This document shows positions 22,363 through 35,595 of a stretch of 64,000 nucleotides of DNA, one piece after another. The DNA is from Rhina ancylostomus. Lineage: Eukaryota. Below the pieces are notes generated by a model, which was given only the letters and a program-made list of their open reading frames with translations, had not been told where the DNA came from and made no database searches. A program made the position numbers and the translations under genes. Within the stretch, counting starts at the first letter, position 1; the number at the start of each line of letters is the position of its first letter. Where the stretch lies: positions 28,975,342 through 29,039,341 of the forward strand of contig JARFYF010000052.1 of NCBI GenBank assembly GCA_030265395.1. Direction: 5' to 3'.

Positions 22363-25300
22363 TTGCCTGGATAATGAGCATATAAAAACAGTGATGGGGG
22401 TGGAGGGGAGATGGCAAATATTTGTTTTTGGCCAGAAAGTTAAGTCTATTGTCCTTTGGGATGCATTTATTTTCCAACATTAACTAGCACGTTAATGGAT
22501 GTTTCTAATACTGATGAAACTATTAGAGTTCATTACACTGCAGAGTGACAACTTTTAGATTTCCTTGCATGCAGTTTAATACGGAAATTCCAAAGTTTAT
22601 CAGTGATTCAACCCTCCTCCACAAATTGCTATTTTGTGTCAAATTGATTGAATTGATAAGAACTTCTGTACTTGTAGTCAAAGACTTTAGTATTTATGTA
22701 CCAGTCTTGCTATAAAATACATTGAAAATGTTACCCTTTGACACTTATGATGCAGTAAACCATAATTACTGTAAAACTTCCTGGCTTCAAAAAATCTAAT
22801 TTTATGCAAGTGGATTATAATTTTGTCAGATAAATATTTGAAATTCAACATTAAAAATATATTTCAGTTTCTACTCTCTTTGTAGATGTTCTGATCATTG
22901 TTTTGTAAAATATTAACTACAAATTTTTGTTTATTTCCTTCCTGGTTTGTTGCCAAGAATAATTCTTTAATGTGAATGGTTGTTCATCCAGCTTGATGTC
23001 ATTACAGCTATGGGCACTAACATCCTTTTGAGCTGATAGAAACCATTCCTAGAAAGTAAAGTCTGTACTTTAGAGTTTACTCGAGCTTTGAGGGAGTTTT
23101 TTTGCCAAAGTCAGCACTGGTCACTCTCCATTTCCAACTGATCGTAAAATCTGGGCCAATTAAATTGATCTGTGGAAGCTAAAAATGCGAATTCTCCCAA
23201 GTACAGTTAGCATCTATTAGATGAATTTGCCAAACTTGAATTCCTCAATCAAAAAAAAATCTTAATATGTAGAACTTATTTCCTGACACAATTGCAAACA
23301 GAAATGGTGACTAAGGGCTGATACTTGCTGGAGATTCAGCAGAAAACTGTCATCAATTACTTGAGTCAGTACAAGCTAGTTGGATTTGCATTGAGTACAT
23401 CTGCTGGTGCATGAAAATGCTGAAGATCTGCTGTGACAGGTTAGACCTGCACCATGTTAAATTCATTTCAGTGGAGGTCTTACAGCTGCGAGGAAGAAAG
23501 TTATTACATTGTTTAGAATTATTTGTGTTTGCAGTTCAAAAGCATTCCAAAAGTTTGACAGCTGTGACAGTCAGCAAAGCTGGGAGAGTGGCTTTACTGT
23601 CTGTCAAAGATTTTCTCAGTAGTTTCAGCCCTTATGGGTCTGAACCAGGTATTCACTGGATAAGGGGAAATTCAAGCAAAAAATGAGAATAAATGGTGAA
23701 TTCCATTCAACTAAATCCAGGCCAAAATTTTGCGAAAATAGAAACACTTCGATAGCTGAATAAATTGGAATAAGATCATTTGCTGGTTATCTAATGATTA
23801 TTAATCTACATAAATAAGTTGTATGGGAATGTTTACATGCAAACTAAAATGTGATTTATAGTATTTAAAGATTAATTTTACTGCCACATACTGCACATAC
23901 TAGCAGTAAGAATTTTTATTTGGTTTCAGTTTGGGGAGCTTTATCACTTTATAAAATATTATTTGGTAAAATAGTATAATTTTGGTTGTTTAAAATAAAT
24001 TTCAGTCAACAAGATGCATCATTAATAGTCATGGACTGATGTGATAAGCCTATGCATTGATTGTGGAAGCTTGCACGGTAAAGCTGTTCTGTGATCTGAA
24101 ATCTACTTACCCTGATTTGGGAGAAATATATGTGTGGGACCCCTGCCAATGTTAGACACGGTGAGACAGCCTGTCCTTAATTCTGCTTTTTAAAAGGTTG
24201 TCAATTTTGACATTCATGCTGATGCTTTATTCAAACGTTCACAGAAGTTGAAGCAAGCCTAATTAGCAAATGGGATTAATACTGAAACTGATCCTTATCA
24301 GTCAGATGTCTCATTGTTTTGCTTTCCTTAGACTGTTAGGTGCTTGACTGAATGCTGGAGTCAGTGCACCAAATCTTTGCTCTGCGACAGAGTCCCTGGA
24401 GTGAAATTATGACCTTCTTTATTTTTTCACCCCATTTCTACTTGCTCTTTAACTCAATGGTTTGTTTTTTTTATCATCGTCAGGCTACTGACCACCATAT
24501 TTCACAGATAAATGGGATTGGTCAGCATTTTTAAAAGCTACGTGCACTATTTTGAAAATAAAATGTAAACACTAAATGGTTGCATTTTATTGTTGTGCAA
24601 AGTTTTATCAGTGAAATAAAATAAAATAAAATACAAGTTTTCTATACTGTATTTTTTTTTTGGTTTTTTTCTTGCCAAGTGCTGAAAAATGCTGCCACTA
24701 CAAAGGTTTATGGGACTTGTACTTATTTTTACAGATTAGGTCTAAGTATTCGAATTACTGCTTTAATACATTTTTTTCCCTGGCATGATGAATAAAAATT
24801 AAACTTCTCTCTGTTTAAAGTTATTTATTTCAAAATAAGTTAGCAAACATTAAAATTAAAGCTGTTGCAAATTCAGATTATGAAAAAAATGAATTATAAT
24901 GCAATAAATGTGAACCAGCTGGCAACTCAGCTTTTGAACTAATTGTTGCCGGCTGGAGATCTTTGATATTACAGAAAATGAGAATGAATTAATATCTGAA
25001 AATATTATATTGCATTTTATGAGCAACATTTATCAAATCATGGGAAATGTTTGATTCAATAAATTAGTGGACAAGCAAAACTATATGTAAAATTTATACC
25101 TAAATTATTTTCTCAGGCATTCTTCTAAATGAATAAGTCCTTTGGAAAAAGTTACACTTGTACAGACTTTTCTAAACATGAGAAGTGTGAAGCATAATGG
25201 TGAAATGTGTTCTAAATAATTAGTGGCTCCAAAATCTAGAAGACTTCCAGTAAGCACATTGTTCATGTCGGTTTTTCTTGTTCTGGAAGGTACCTCTGAG

Positions 25301-25499
25301 CATTGTAAGATAATGGAACCTCACCCACCTCTTAAAAGACCCATGACATTATAAAGCATACTGGGGCAAAGGCCTTCTCAGGCTTTTGTAATTCAGTGTA
25401 AATGTGGAGGTTGGCATGTCAAATTACGTCTCCCTTGCTTCTCAGCAACAAAATTGAACACATTATTCTTAATACATTTTAAAGTTAGTCAGAGTAGGT

Positions 25500-26150
25500 C
25501 ATATGGCTGCTTAAACCTCACCTGCATTCAACAATATTATGGCTGATCTTCAACCTCTTGTCCACTTTCCTGATTTTATCCCCATATCGCTCGATTGCCT
25601 TTATGTCCAAAAGCTGACCAATCTCAGCATTGATTACCTGTAGATCTCTGCCTACAGAATTCAAAGTGCCCTGAGAAAATAAATCCCTCCTCATTTCAGT
25701 CCTCACTTGCCATTCACTTATATTGAAACTGAACTCCTGGTTCTAAACTCTCCAATGAGGGGCATTGGCCATTCAACAGCTACTTTGCCTATCTGTCTCA
25801 GATCTTCAGTCCTCTCTTTCTAGACGACCTTTCGTCATAGAGCAATTCTCTCATGTGACAAATCAATCTGCTGAATCTGAGCTACACCAGCTCCAAGGCA
25901 GATTTGTCCTTCCTTGGGTATGGACAATTAAAAAATCTCGACACAATATTCTAGATATGATCTCACAAAAGTAGCAATTAAGATCAACATATGACCTAAC
26001 TTCTTAATTGCTAACTGCGCCTGCACATTGATTTTCCTATCATTGGACAGGCACATCCAAAGCCGTCTAAACACTAGCATTCAATAGCCTTTCATGATTT
26101 TAGAAGTAGCTTTTTCTTCTGTTCTTCCAATCAAATTGAATAAATTCATG
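25500..26150 (-). mobile_element. Decayed CR1 3' portion
   Basis: The minus frame reads RTEMRRDLFSQ (CR1 ORF2 end), followed by a CR1-like 3'UTR. Heavily mutated. Confidence 0.6.
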
Positions 26151-27762
26151 TCCAAGAATAATATAGCCAGAGAATCGTGAAGATTAGTCAGTGTACTGTG
26201 TGTCTTGTGTTCTCCTATTTTGACTACACAGCCCTATTTATTCGCTGCTCCATGTTGTTTGAATATGTTTCATGCATAGTTTATTATTTATGTAAAAGAT
26301 GAGCACCAACAGGAACTAGTCCTATTTCCATGTTTGGGCTGCTACCTACTGTAGCATTTTGTTTTGATACTCACGGCCATCATCTACTGCTTATAATTCA
26401 AGAGGTCCAGTTGGATCTACTGGGAAATCTGCCTGCTGAGCCCAAGTATGACCAGCGGGTCTATTCATTTCAATGGGAAGAATTGGCTATGGGAAGAATA
26501 GCAATTATGTTAATTTCCTGTGTTTAATTCACTTGATTTAAATCAATTTGATTGTTTTAAATAGTGTAAAACTCTTTAGCATTCAGCTTTATTAAAAAAA
26601 ACTTTGATCACTTTTACTTTTGGGTAAAAACATTAACAAACATTCAATGTAACCATAGTTTTGACAACAAGAGAGCTTCTCAGCAGAAGATTCTGCCTGG
26701 GGGCCAGCGTCAAGCAAGAGTACATTCCAAGGACAGGCAACCACTGAGCTTGAGCAGTTTACTTGTCAGCAAAAAAAACCTGCATCCTCCCATCATTACT
26801 TAGAAAGGCTTTTCACGTATAAATGCAAATCTATGGAGTATATTATTGTTATGATCTCCAAATCTGTAGCTCACAAAGAATAATATGTTAAGATGAATCA
26901 TTTCCTTTCATCATAAATTAGATATCTAGCAGGGGGAATGCACCATCAAAACATCTTTTACCATATAAAATCATTTGCTTGTCCAAAACTGTGTCCAGAC
27001 TCAGAGCAGTAAATGAGTCATTTGAAAAAAAGCCACCTGTAGAGAACTCTCATCACTCTCCAAAAACAGCCTGAATATCTTCTTCAGGATGAAAAGACGA
27101 TATGATTTTCATATCCTTTCCATCTTAGACATTAATCAGGGTTTGATAAAGAGGAAGATCAACCCCTTTATGTCCAACAATTCCTGCATTTTGACCTCTG
27201 TGCTTGAGTTGCTCTCATCTATCACTCATTTAAATTCTCCATACTTGCCTGCTGATGATGCAGGCCATACAGTTTACATTCCTGCATGTGGCCACTCCTG
27301 TCAGATAGCTGTCCACCATGCTCCTGGCTATTTCTATTCCTAATTCCGTATTCTGTGAGGAGAAATGATGAGGGCAGAACAGTGGTACCCATTTTGGAAA
27401 TGGCCATGCTCCCATATGTCCCATCTTCATGGATAAAAGGATTACACCAGGGATAGCAATGCCTTTGAGAAAATAATTAGGTGTAATTGAAGGCTTAAGA
27501 AAAATTACAGCTTCTTAATTTAAGTGGCTGGCATTTGTATCTCAATTAAACAACCACTGTTAAACATGGTCATCATCACTATTTAAAGCACTGATTATAC
27601 TTAGGCTTACGGCCTAGTGGAATTCCCAAGCGAACAGCATATTACTTTAATTCCGACTACTGATGAGTTCTGCACTTAACTTGTGAAGTTAATGTTAAAT
27701 GCAAAAGAATCTTAAACATTGCCTCACTGATAGTAGATTTAACTATCATTGATAGTAGATTT

Positions 27763-27950
27763 AAACTGTTAGAGAGGATTCAAAGGGATAAGATATATGA
27801 ACAACTAGAGAGTCATGGACTGATTAGGGGCAGCCAGCATAGCTTTGTGAAGGGAAGATCTTGCCTCACAAGCCTGATAGAGTTCTTTGAGGAGGTGACC
27901 AGGAAGATTGATGAGGTTAGTGCAGTAGATGTGGTCTACATGGATGTTAG
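27763..27950 (+). mobile_element. Short internal CR1 RT fragment
   Basis: KLLERIQRDKIYEQLESHGLIRGSQHSFVKGRSCLTSLIEFFEEVTRKIDEVSAVDVVYMD. Confidence 0.9.
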
Positions 27951-28878
27951 TTGGCCAATCTTCTATCCATGTTAGTACCTTTCCTGTAATACCATGGGCT
28001 CCTATCTTGTTTCGCAGCCTCATGTGCGGCACTTTAGTAAAAGCCTTCTGAAAATCCAAGTAAACAACATCCACTGACTCGTTTGTTACTTCCTCAAAGA
28101 ATTCCAACAGATTTGTCAGGCAAGATTTCCCCTTAAGGAAACCATGCTGACTATGGCCTATTTTGTCATGTGCTTCCACGTACCCCGAAATGTCATCCTT
28201 AATAATGGACCACATCTTACCAACCACTGAAATCAGGCTAACTGGCCTATAAATTCCTGGCTTTTGCCTGCTTCCCTTCTTAAAGAGTGGAGTGATATTT
28301 GCAATGTTCCAATCCTCTAATCACTCCTGAATCTAGTGATTCTTGAAAGATCACTACTATTTCTTCCAAAATCTCCTCAGCTACCTCTTTCAGGGCCCTG
28401 GGTTGTCGTCCAGGTGACTTATCTACCTTCAGACCATTCGGCTTCCCAAGCACCTGCTCCTTAATAATAGTGACCACCTTTGCTTCTGCCCCCTGACTCA
28501 CTCGAATTTCTAGCATGTTGCTGGTGTCTTCCNNNNNNNNNNCGTCCACAGTGAAGACTGACACAAAATACTTATTCAGTTCATCTGCTGTTTCTTTGGT
28601 TCCCATTACTACTTCTCCAGTGTCATTTTCCAGCAGTCCAATGTCCACTCTTGCCTCTCTTTTACTCTTTATATATCAGAAAAAAAACTTTTGGTATCCT
28701 CTTGTATATTATTGGCTAACTTACCTTCATATTTCATCTTTTTTCCCATTATTGCTTTTTCAGTTGCCTTCTGTTGGTTTTTAAAAGCTTCCCAATCCTC
28801 TAATTTCCCACTAATTTTTGCAATATTATATGCCCTCTCTTTTGCTTTTATGCTGTCTTTGACTTCCCTTGTCATCCC
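27947..28878 (-). mobile_element. Internal CR1 ORF2 fragment (tether and RT), different subfamily
   Basis: KAKERAYNIAKISGKLEDWE, GLKVDKSPG and SQHGFLKGKSCLTNLLEFFEEVT...VDVVYLDFQKAF.KVPH...WIEDW. Confidence 0.92.
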
Positions 28879-29792
28879 CCTGATCTTGTGACTTTCCTGT
28901 GTAACAGATTTAACCGTCTGTTCCTGGATCTCAAACAATTGGATATCACCATTCATAAAGGAATTGGTAAATTTCCTAGTTCACAAATATTTGTATATTT
29001 TAAAGCTTAACTTACAAGTATATTGTAATATTTCAAGTCTAATTAAGAGAGTGATTTTCATCGGCTCAGGTGCCCTGATACATCAATAAGATCATTGTTT
29101 TGTAGTGCACAAACTGGCTGTTTATTTCCCCAAAAGGTGTTGTAAATAACAGTGTGGTACAGTGCTAATCTGTTTTTCACAGAGGGATGCTGTGGGCATG
29201 ACATTTTCTATATCCATTTGAGAAGGTAGACTGAATATCCTTATTGAAAGATGGCATTTCTGATAATGTTGCACTCCACTGCAGCACGATTAGGTAAGTC
29301 TAGTTCAAGACCTTGCACTCAAACTAATGACAATACAAAAAATCTGCAGATGCTAGAAATAATGATAGAAACAGAAAATGCTGGAGTTGGGAGACAGAAG
29401 ACAAAACTGCCATATTTTCCCAATTGTATGGAACAGGCTTTTAACCTGGCCTGTAGTCCTATTCCCTGACATTTGTTTAAACATGCCAAAGTGTGCAGTG
29501 GGTCTCAGTTTTGAGTGCATGCACTGGCTTTTTGATGTGAAGATTTTTGCGATTCTTCTGGTTGTTGCTGTGTTAGGTGGTGAAGGATATCTTTTTCCTC
29601 GAGTCATACAGTAGTGACTTCTTCAATCTCTCCTTTTCCATAAGATGGTTATTACAATCTCTACCAGTCTTTGTGTGACTTAGTGTTAAAATCTCTTTGA
29701 AAACAAAGTGAGAAGTGCTTTGATGTTACACTAGAGCAGTGTCAGGCTTTACATTTATATGAGGACGTTAATGTAGCCCAATGTCCCAAGGA

Positions 29793-30070
29793 TGGGTGGC
29801 ACAGTGGCACAGCTAGTTGATATGCTGCATCGCAGCTCTAGCTACCCTGATCTCTGGTGCTGTTTGTGTGGAGTTTGCACATTCTCCATGTAACTGCATG
29901 ATTTTCCCCAGGTGCAATGGTTTCCTCCCACATCCCAAAGATGTGTGGGTTGGTCGGTTAATTAGCCACTGTAAATGATCCTTGGTGTAATGTTGATAGT
30001 AGGGTTCATGTAATGTAAGTGCATAGCAGTGAGAGGTCATAGGTGAAATGAGTGGCGGAATGAGATTGCT
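29793..30070 (+). mobile_element. V-SINE-like element
   Basis: ggtggcacagtggcacagc...gtgtggagtttgcacattctcc...ggtttcctcccacatcccaaagatgtg...taattagccactgtaaat. Confidence 0.8.
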
Positions 30071-32564
30071 TTAACCTGGTTTGTTGCATGAAGTATGGAA
30101 CAAAATATGGCTTTTCACAGGGATGTTACTGAACAAAATTTAATAGAAGCTTTTTGAGCAGATGACTAAAGCCTTGATTAGAAATGTAGGCTGAAAGGGA
30201 CATTTATGGAGAGAACTTCAGAGCTTAAGATGAATGCATCTGTCATGTGAAAGAAAGAAATGAATTTGTCCTGAACAAATTACTATTCCTGAATATTGAA
30301 CTTTGCTTTGCTTGACTTTCATAGATCAAGGCTGTAATTTGTGGGAAAAGTGTTATTTATATGAAGGTTACTTGATGGATTAATGAATAGCTCATTAAAA
30401 GAATTGTGAAGCCTTATTATAGATGGGCCTTAATATAAAATCTGCTGTAATTTTGTGGAAAATTGCTTTGTATGTACTTTGAGAGAGTAGTTAATTTCTT
30501 CCTATTTCTGCTGAACTCTCCAATGTATCATCGGGATGACGTTGCCTGAATCTCATATTGCCACAGTGGATTGTGGGCAATCAGTTTGAAGCCCTAACGA
30601 ACCACTTTATTTACAAGATGGATTTTAAGTGGATTTTAAAATGTTTTTTGCCTACAATATTTCATGAATTCTTGTTATTCTCTTGCTCTCCTTCCACCCA
30701 TCCCCAATTCTAGTTTGTGCAAACTTTTCATTTTTGCAATTTTAGATTTGCTTTGTGCTGAAGTTAAAAATGTCTCTATATTCATTGTTTGTCATTTATG
30801 TGTTACAAGAAAAACAAATTCCACAATGCTATAATCTAGAGCTTAACTGGAAGAATTGCTGGTTGAGCAGTGTGAAAGTCTTTTATTTCTCCAGTGGCTA
30901 AATCATTACTTCATACAGCTTGTTCATGTCATGTTTTTCTCTTCTGGTTTAAAGTGGCTTTTGTTTATTGTTTTCAGTGTGGTAGTCTTCAATGAGCTCT
31001 GAAATGCTGATCTGAAATACTCTGCTGGACTGAGTTATGACCTAATTGGAGCTTTTTTTAAATGTGTGTATTTAAATACCATGAAGTACCAAATCCAGAC
31101 AAGATTCTGGTTGTTTTTCGAAGAGGAATGGGTGGCCTTGACTGGCAGATAATTGATATGGCTTGCTGTGCTGTTGCAAATGGTTACTCTTAGCTTGGAT
31201 GACAGCATAAACTTTAATAAACATTAAACTGAGCAAACTGCTCTAAAGCAAGACAAAGAAAATTTCCAAAGATGATGCGTGAAGTACATGCCTTCTAGTT
31301 TCTGAGTAGGTTTGAGCACCAGAACAATTTGGGGCAGCAATTTTCTTTTGATTGCCAGAGGTGTTTGGAACAGGCTACTTGAGAAATGTGCCGCAAGCAG
31401 AAGGCAGCCAACAATTGAGAAGGCAATTTTGTCTATGTGCTTATTAAATTATGCCAAGATTGACAAAACCACCTTTATTGATCTGCTTGCTCTAAACCTC
31501 TTATGGACCTTCTGATCAGGAACAGCTGCAAACAACTTGACAGTAACATCATTTTAAAAAAATGCTGTACAGAAGATTTATTTGGGTGGTTTCCATTAAA
31601 CTTCAGCAGTGTTTTGCATCAGATGATCTTGGATTGCCACCATTTTTATGAAGCATGAGAGCCTGAAGGCATAATTTCTAATTTTGAGATGAGTGGAGAA
31701 TAGAATGCGCAGGAGACCACAGTGTGTTCAAGAAGCTTGTGTGGGTTGCAGGAGATGAGCTATGTGTTACCTGTAGCCAGGGTAAAATAACTTGGAATGG
31801 ACTTGTTCAGAACGTACCCTTACTTTCTAGTTATTTACATGATTGCCTGTCACAATTCCAAATAATTTTGGTAGTAAACTGGAACTTGGGTGTGATCCGT
31901 TTTCATGAGTTGTTTATCTTGAATGATAGCTAGCTGTATTTTGTTTTTGCATGCAAGTTGACTTGGTGGTCCTATTTAGTTGATATACCTTGTATCAGTT
32001 TTGTAGAAGTCTAATTTATGAAGTAATACAATGTGATTCCACTATTGTGAGAGGACTCTCTGAAGTGGGACTGGGCGGGGGAACAGATGTACATAAAAAC
32101 AGGACAGTGAAAATATCTGTGGCTTTGGAGTTTTCGCATTAGCTTGTTATAACTGGGGTTGGTGTTGTTGTGATCAACTTTTGCGAAGTTGAGGAATGTA
32201 AATTTGAGGTTATTACATCCTTTCCAGTTGTGTATCCATTGTCATGTATTGTTATTTTTAGATATTTTTAATGGCATTGCAAACAATATATTTCCAAATC
32301 TGGCAAGTCTTGTGGGGCAATTGAATGTTTGGTGCTAACTTTTAAAAGTGTTTCATTATTTTATTTCTGCAGTTGCTTTGCAACTGGTTTGAAATTTGCA
32401 ATGGATACAGACTAGGCACGAGTGTGTAGGTGAGTGGCAGAATCTGGGGAGAGTTCATGGTAATGTGAAGAGAATGGGATTAATGTAAAATTAGTGTAAA
32501 TGCTTGGCATAGATGTTGTGGGTTGAAGGGCTTGTTTCTATGCTTTGTGTCTCTGTGTTTTTGG

Positions 32565-33170
32565 ACCTCCCAGCCATGGGAAATGTCCTCCATACATTTA
32601 GCCCTTTGAGACCTGTCTAAATTTTGTACATTTCAACATTTTAAATGCGAGTCAATACAGGCCTAGTCAATCCAATCTCTCTTCAATCAACAGTCTTGGT
32701 ATTCCAAGAATCAGTCTGGTAAACCTTCAGCACACTCCTAATTTGGCAAGTATGTGTCGTCTTGGTTAAGATGACCAAAACTGCCATAGCACTCCGGGTG
32801 TGGTCTTGTTCAAGACCCTGTATCATTGTAGTCAGCTAAACTTGCTCTTATACTCAAAAGTCTAGCAACAAAAGACAACATACAATATGCTGTCCCACTG
32901 CTTGCTGCATCAGAATGTTTNNNNNNNNNNTTGTTTTCAATGACTGGGGTGCAAGGTCACCCAGACCCCTTGGTACATCTCACAACCTGTCACTATTTAA
33001 ATAATACATGGCCATTCTGTTTTTCCCGACTAAAACGTGTATCCAAGTTACTCTGCATCTGCCATGTTTTTGCCCACTAGGTCAACTTGTCAAAATCACC
33101 TTGAAGCCTCCTTCACTTGCAGTTTCACCCAGTTTTGTGTCAGTCGCATATTTTAGATAACTTATGACAT
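32565..33170 (-). mobile_element. Decayed CR1 ORF2 C-terminal region
   Basis: gaccaaaactgccatagcactccgggtgtggtct (reverse of an RPHPEC..QFWS-like motif) and cccagttttgtgtcagtcgcata (reverse of an xADDTKL-like motif). Confidence 0.7.
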
Positions 33171-33189
33171 ATTATGGATCTTCAGAGTT

Positions 33190-33960
33190 AATTGTGTGTG
33201 TAGGAAGTGGGGATATTTGCAGATGATTACAGAATGTCGAATTCCATTCACAGCTCCTTAGCAGACCATATCCACATGCAGCAAGAGATAGCCACATTTC
33301 AAGCATCAGCTGAGAAGTGGCAAGTAAAATTGGTGTTATGAAAGAGTCAGGATTTTTCTTCTCCAACAAGAGAGGGTCTAATGTCTTCCCTTGATGATGA
33401 ATGGCATTACCATTGTTGAGTTGATCAACACCCTGGGACCATCATTGAGCAGAAACTTATCTGGAACAAGTAGCTACCAGAGTAGATCAGAGAGTGAGTA
33501 TCTTGCAGTGAGTGACTTGCCTCTTTCCACCAGCTGCAAGGCGCAAGTCAGAAGTGTGATGGAGCACTGTCCACCTCCTTGGATGAGTGCAGCTTCAACA
33601 AGGGTCGAATCACAGCATGTACCAATTTACCTGTTTAGTACCCTACCAGCAGGCTTAATATTCATTTCTTCAATCACTGATGCAGCATTTGCAGTGCATA
33701 CCAGCCACGTTGCAGTTACTTGCTGAGGCTGCTCTGCCAGCACCTGCCAAAGTCATGATCTTTACCATCCAGAAGGGCATATGTACGCCACCATCTAAGG
33801 TCTCCCTCCAAGTTTTTCATGGAAAGGAATCAGGATACATTCATCATCTCTGGCTCTCCCCAACAGTTTTCTGGGGGAACCTTCACCAGAAGGACTGCAG
33901 CAGTGCACGGAGGAGGCTAACAGGCATCATAGGAGCCTTTAGGGTAGGCTGTAATTGTTG
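33190..33960 (+). mobile_element. Old CR1/L2-group LINE RT C-terminal fragment
   Basis: CKAQVRSVMEHCPPPWMSAAST remnant. Homologous to 140-560 and to the reverse of 56130-56600. Confidence 0.65.
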
Positions 33961-33988
33961 GCCTTGTGGCCCTGTTAATGATGAAGTA

Positions 33989-34169
33989 ACATCTATATTT
34001 TCACCCAAGTTGTTTATATAAATTACAAAAGAAAAGGGGTCCTAGCACTGATCCTTGCAGAACATCACTTGTCGAAGATGTCCAGTCTGAATAACACCCC
34101 TCCACCACAATCTTCTGTCTTCTATGACCAAGCCAATTTTGAATCCAATCTACCAAATTTTCATGGTCC
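33989..34169 (-). repeat. ~180-bp CR1 fragment duplicating 35185-35365
   Basis: Direct alignment by eye, about 85-90% identical. Confidence 0.8.
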
Positions 34170-34282
34170 CTCAAAAAATGAAGTAATAGGAAAAAGAAAC
34201 TGAAAGGAAGAGCTATATGAAGTTTGCAGATGACACCAAACTTTCAGAAGTAAAATGTATATCAAGTTGCAGGCTGATGCAA

Positions 34283-35595
34283 AGAACATGGAACAGTACA
34301 GCACAGGAACAGGTCCTTCAGTCCATGATGACTCTGCTGACCATGATGCCAATTGAAACTAATCCCATTTGCCTACACGTGGTCTATATCTCTCCGTTCC
34401 CTGTCTGTCCATGTGCCTGCCTAAATGCCTTTTAAACCTTGAAATCATGTATGCTCCCAACACTTACCCTGGCAACCCAATCCAAACACCCTCCCTGCTC
34501 TGTAAAAAAAAACTTGCCTTGTAAATCCTCTAAGCTTTTCCCCCTCACCTTTTTAGTATTTAACATTTCCGCCCTGGAGAAAAAGATTGACTTTCTACTT
34601 TATCCCTGCCTCTCATAATTATCAGGTTGCTCCTCAGCCTCTGTGCTCCAGAGAAAATAATCCAAATTTGTCCAACCTCTCCTCTTAGCTAATACTCTCT
34701 AATCTGAGCACCATCCTTGTGATCCTCTTCTGCACCCTCTCCAAAGCCTCCACATCCTTCCTGTAATGCAGCAACCAGAACTGCACACTATACACCAAAT
34801 GTGACCTAACCAAAGTTTTATACAGCTGTAACATAACTTCCTGACTTTTTTTACTTTGTACCCTGACCCAGGAAGGCAGGCATGCTGTATGCCTTCTTAA
34901 CCAGCTTATCTACTTGTGTTGCCATTTTCAGGAAGATATGGACTTGCCCCCCAAGATAAGTCTTTACTTCAATTCTCTGAAGGGACCTGCTATTTACTGT
35001 ATACTTTTGCCTTACATTTGACCTCCCAAAGTGCAACACCTCACACTTGCCCAGGTCAAACTCCATCTACCATTTCTCTGCCCACGTCTCCAACTGGTCT
35101 AAATCCTGCTGAATCCTTTGACAACCTTCCTCATTATCCTCAACTCTGCCTATTTTTCTGTCATCTGCAGACTTGCTAATTAGCACATCTACATTTTCAT
35201 CCAAATCATTCATATAAATTACAAAAGAACAGGGGTCCCAGCACTGATCCTTGCAGAACATCACTCATCGCAGATCTCCAGTCAGAATAACACCCCTCCA
35301 ACACTATCCTCTATCTTCTATAACCAAGCCAATTTTGAATCCAATCTACCAAATCTCAATGGTCCTATGTGCCTTAATCTTCTGGATCAGCTGACTATGA
35401 GGGAACTTGTCGAAAGCTTTACTAAAGTCCATGTAAACAACACTCACTGCTCTACCCTCATCATCTTTATCACCTCCTCAAAAATCTCAATCAAGTTTGA
35501 AAGACATGCTGACTATCCCTAATAAGACTATGCTTTTCCAGATATGAATAGATTCTTATTCTAGATTCTGATTCCTAAAACTCTTCTCCAATTAT
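34283..35595 (-). mobile_element. CR1 LINE, 5'-truncated, RT domain to 3' end
   Basis: LISKSADDRKIG...EEGCQRIQQDLDQLETWAEKW and MEFDLGKCEVLHFGRSN. Tail agaacatggaacagtacagcacaggaacagg near 34283. Confidence 0.92.
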
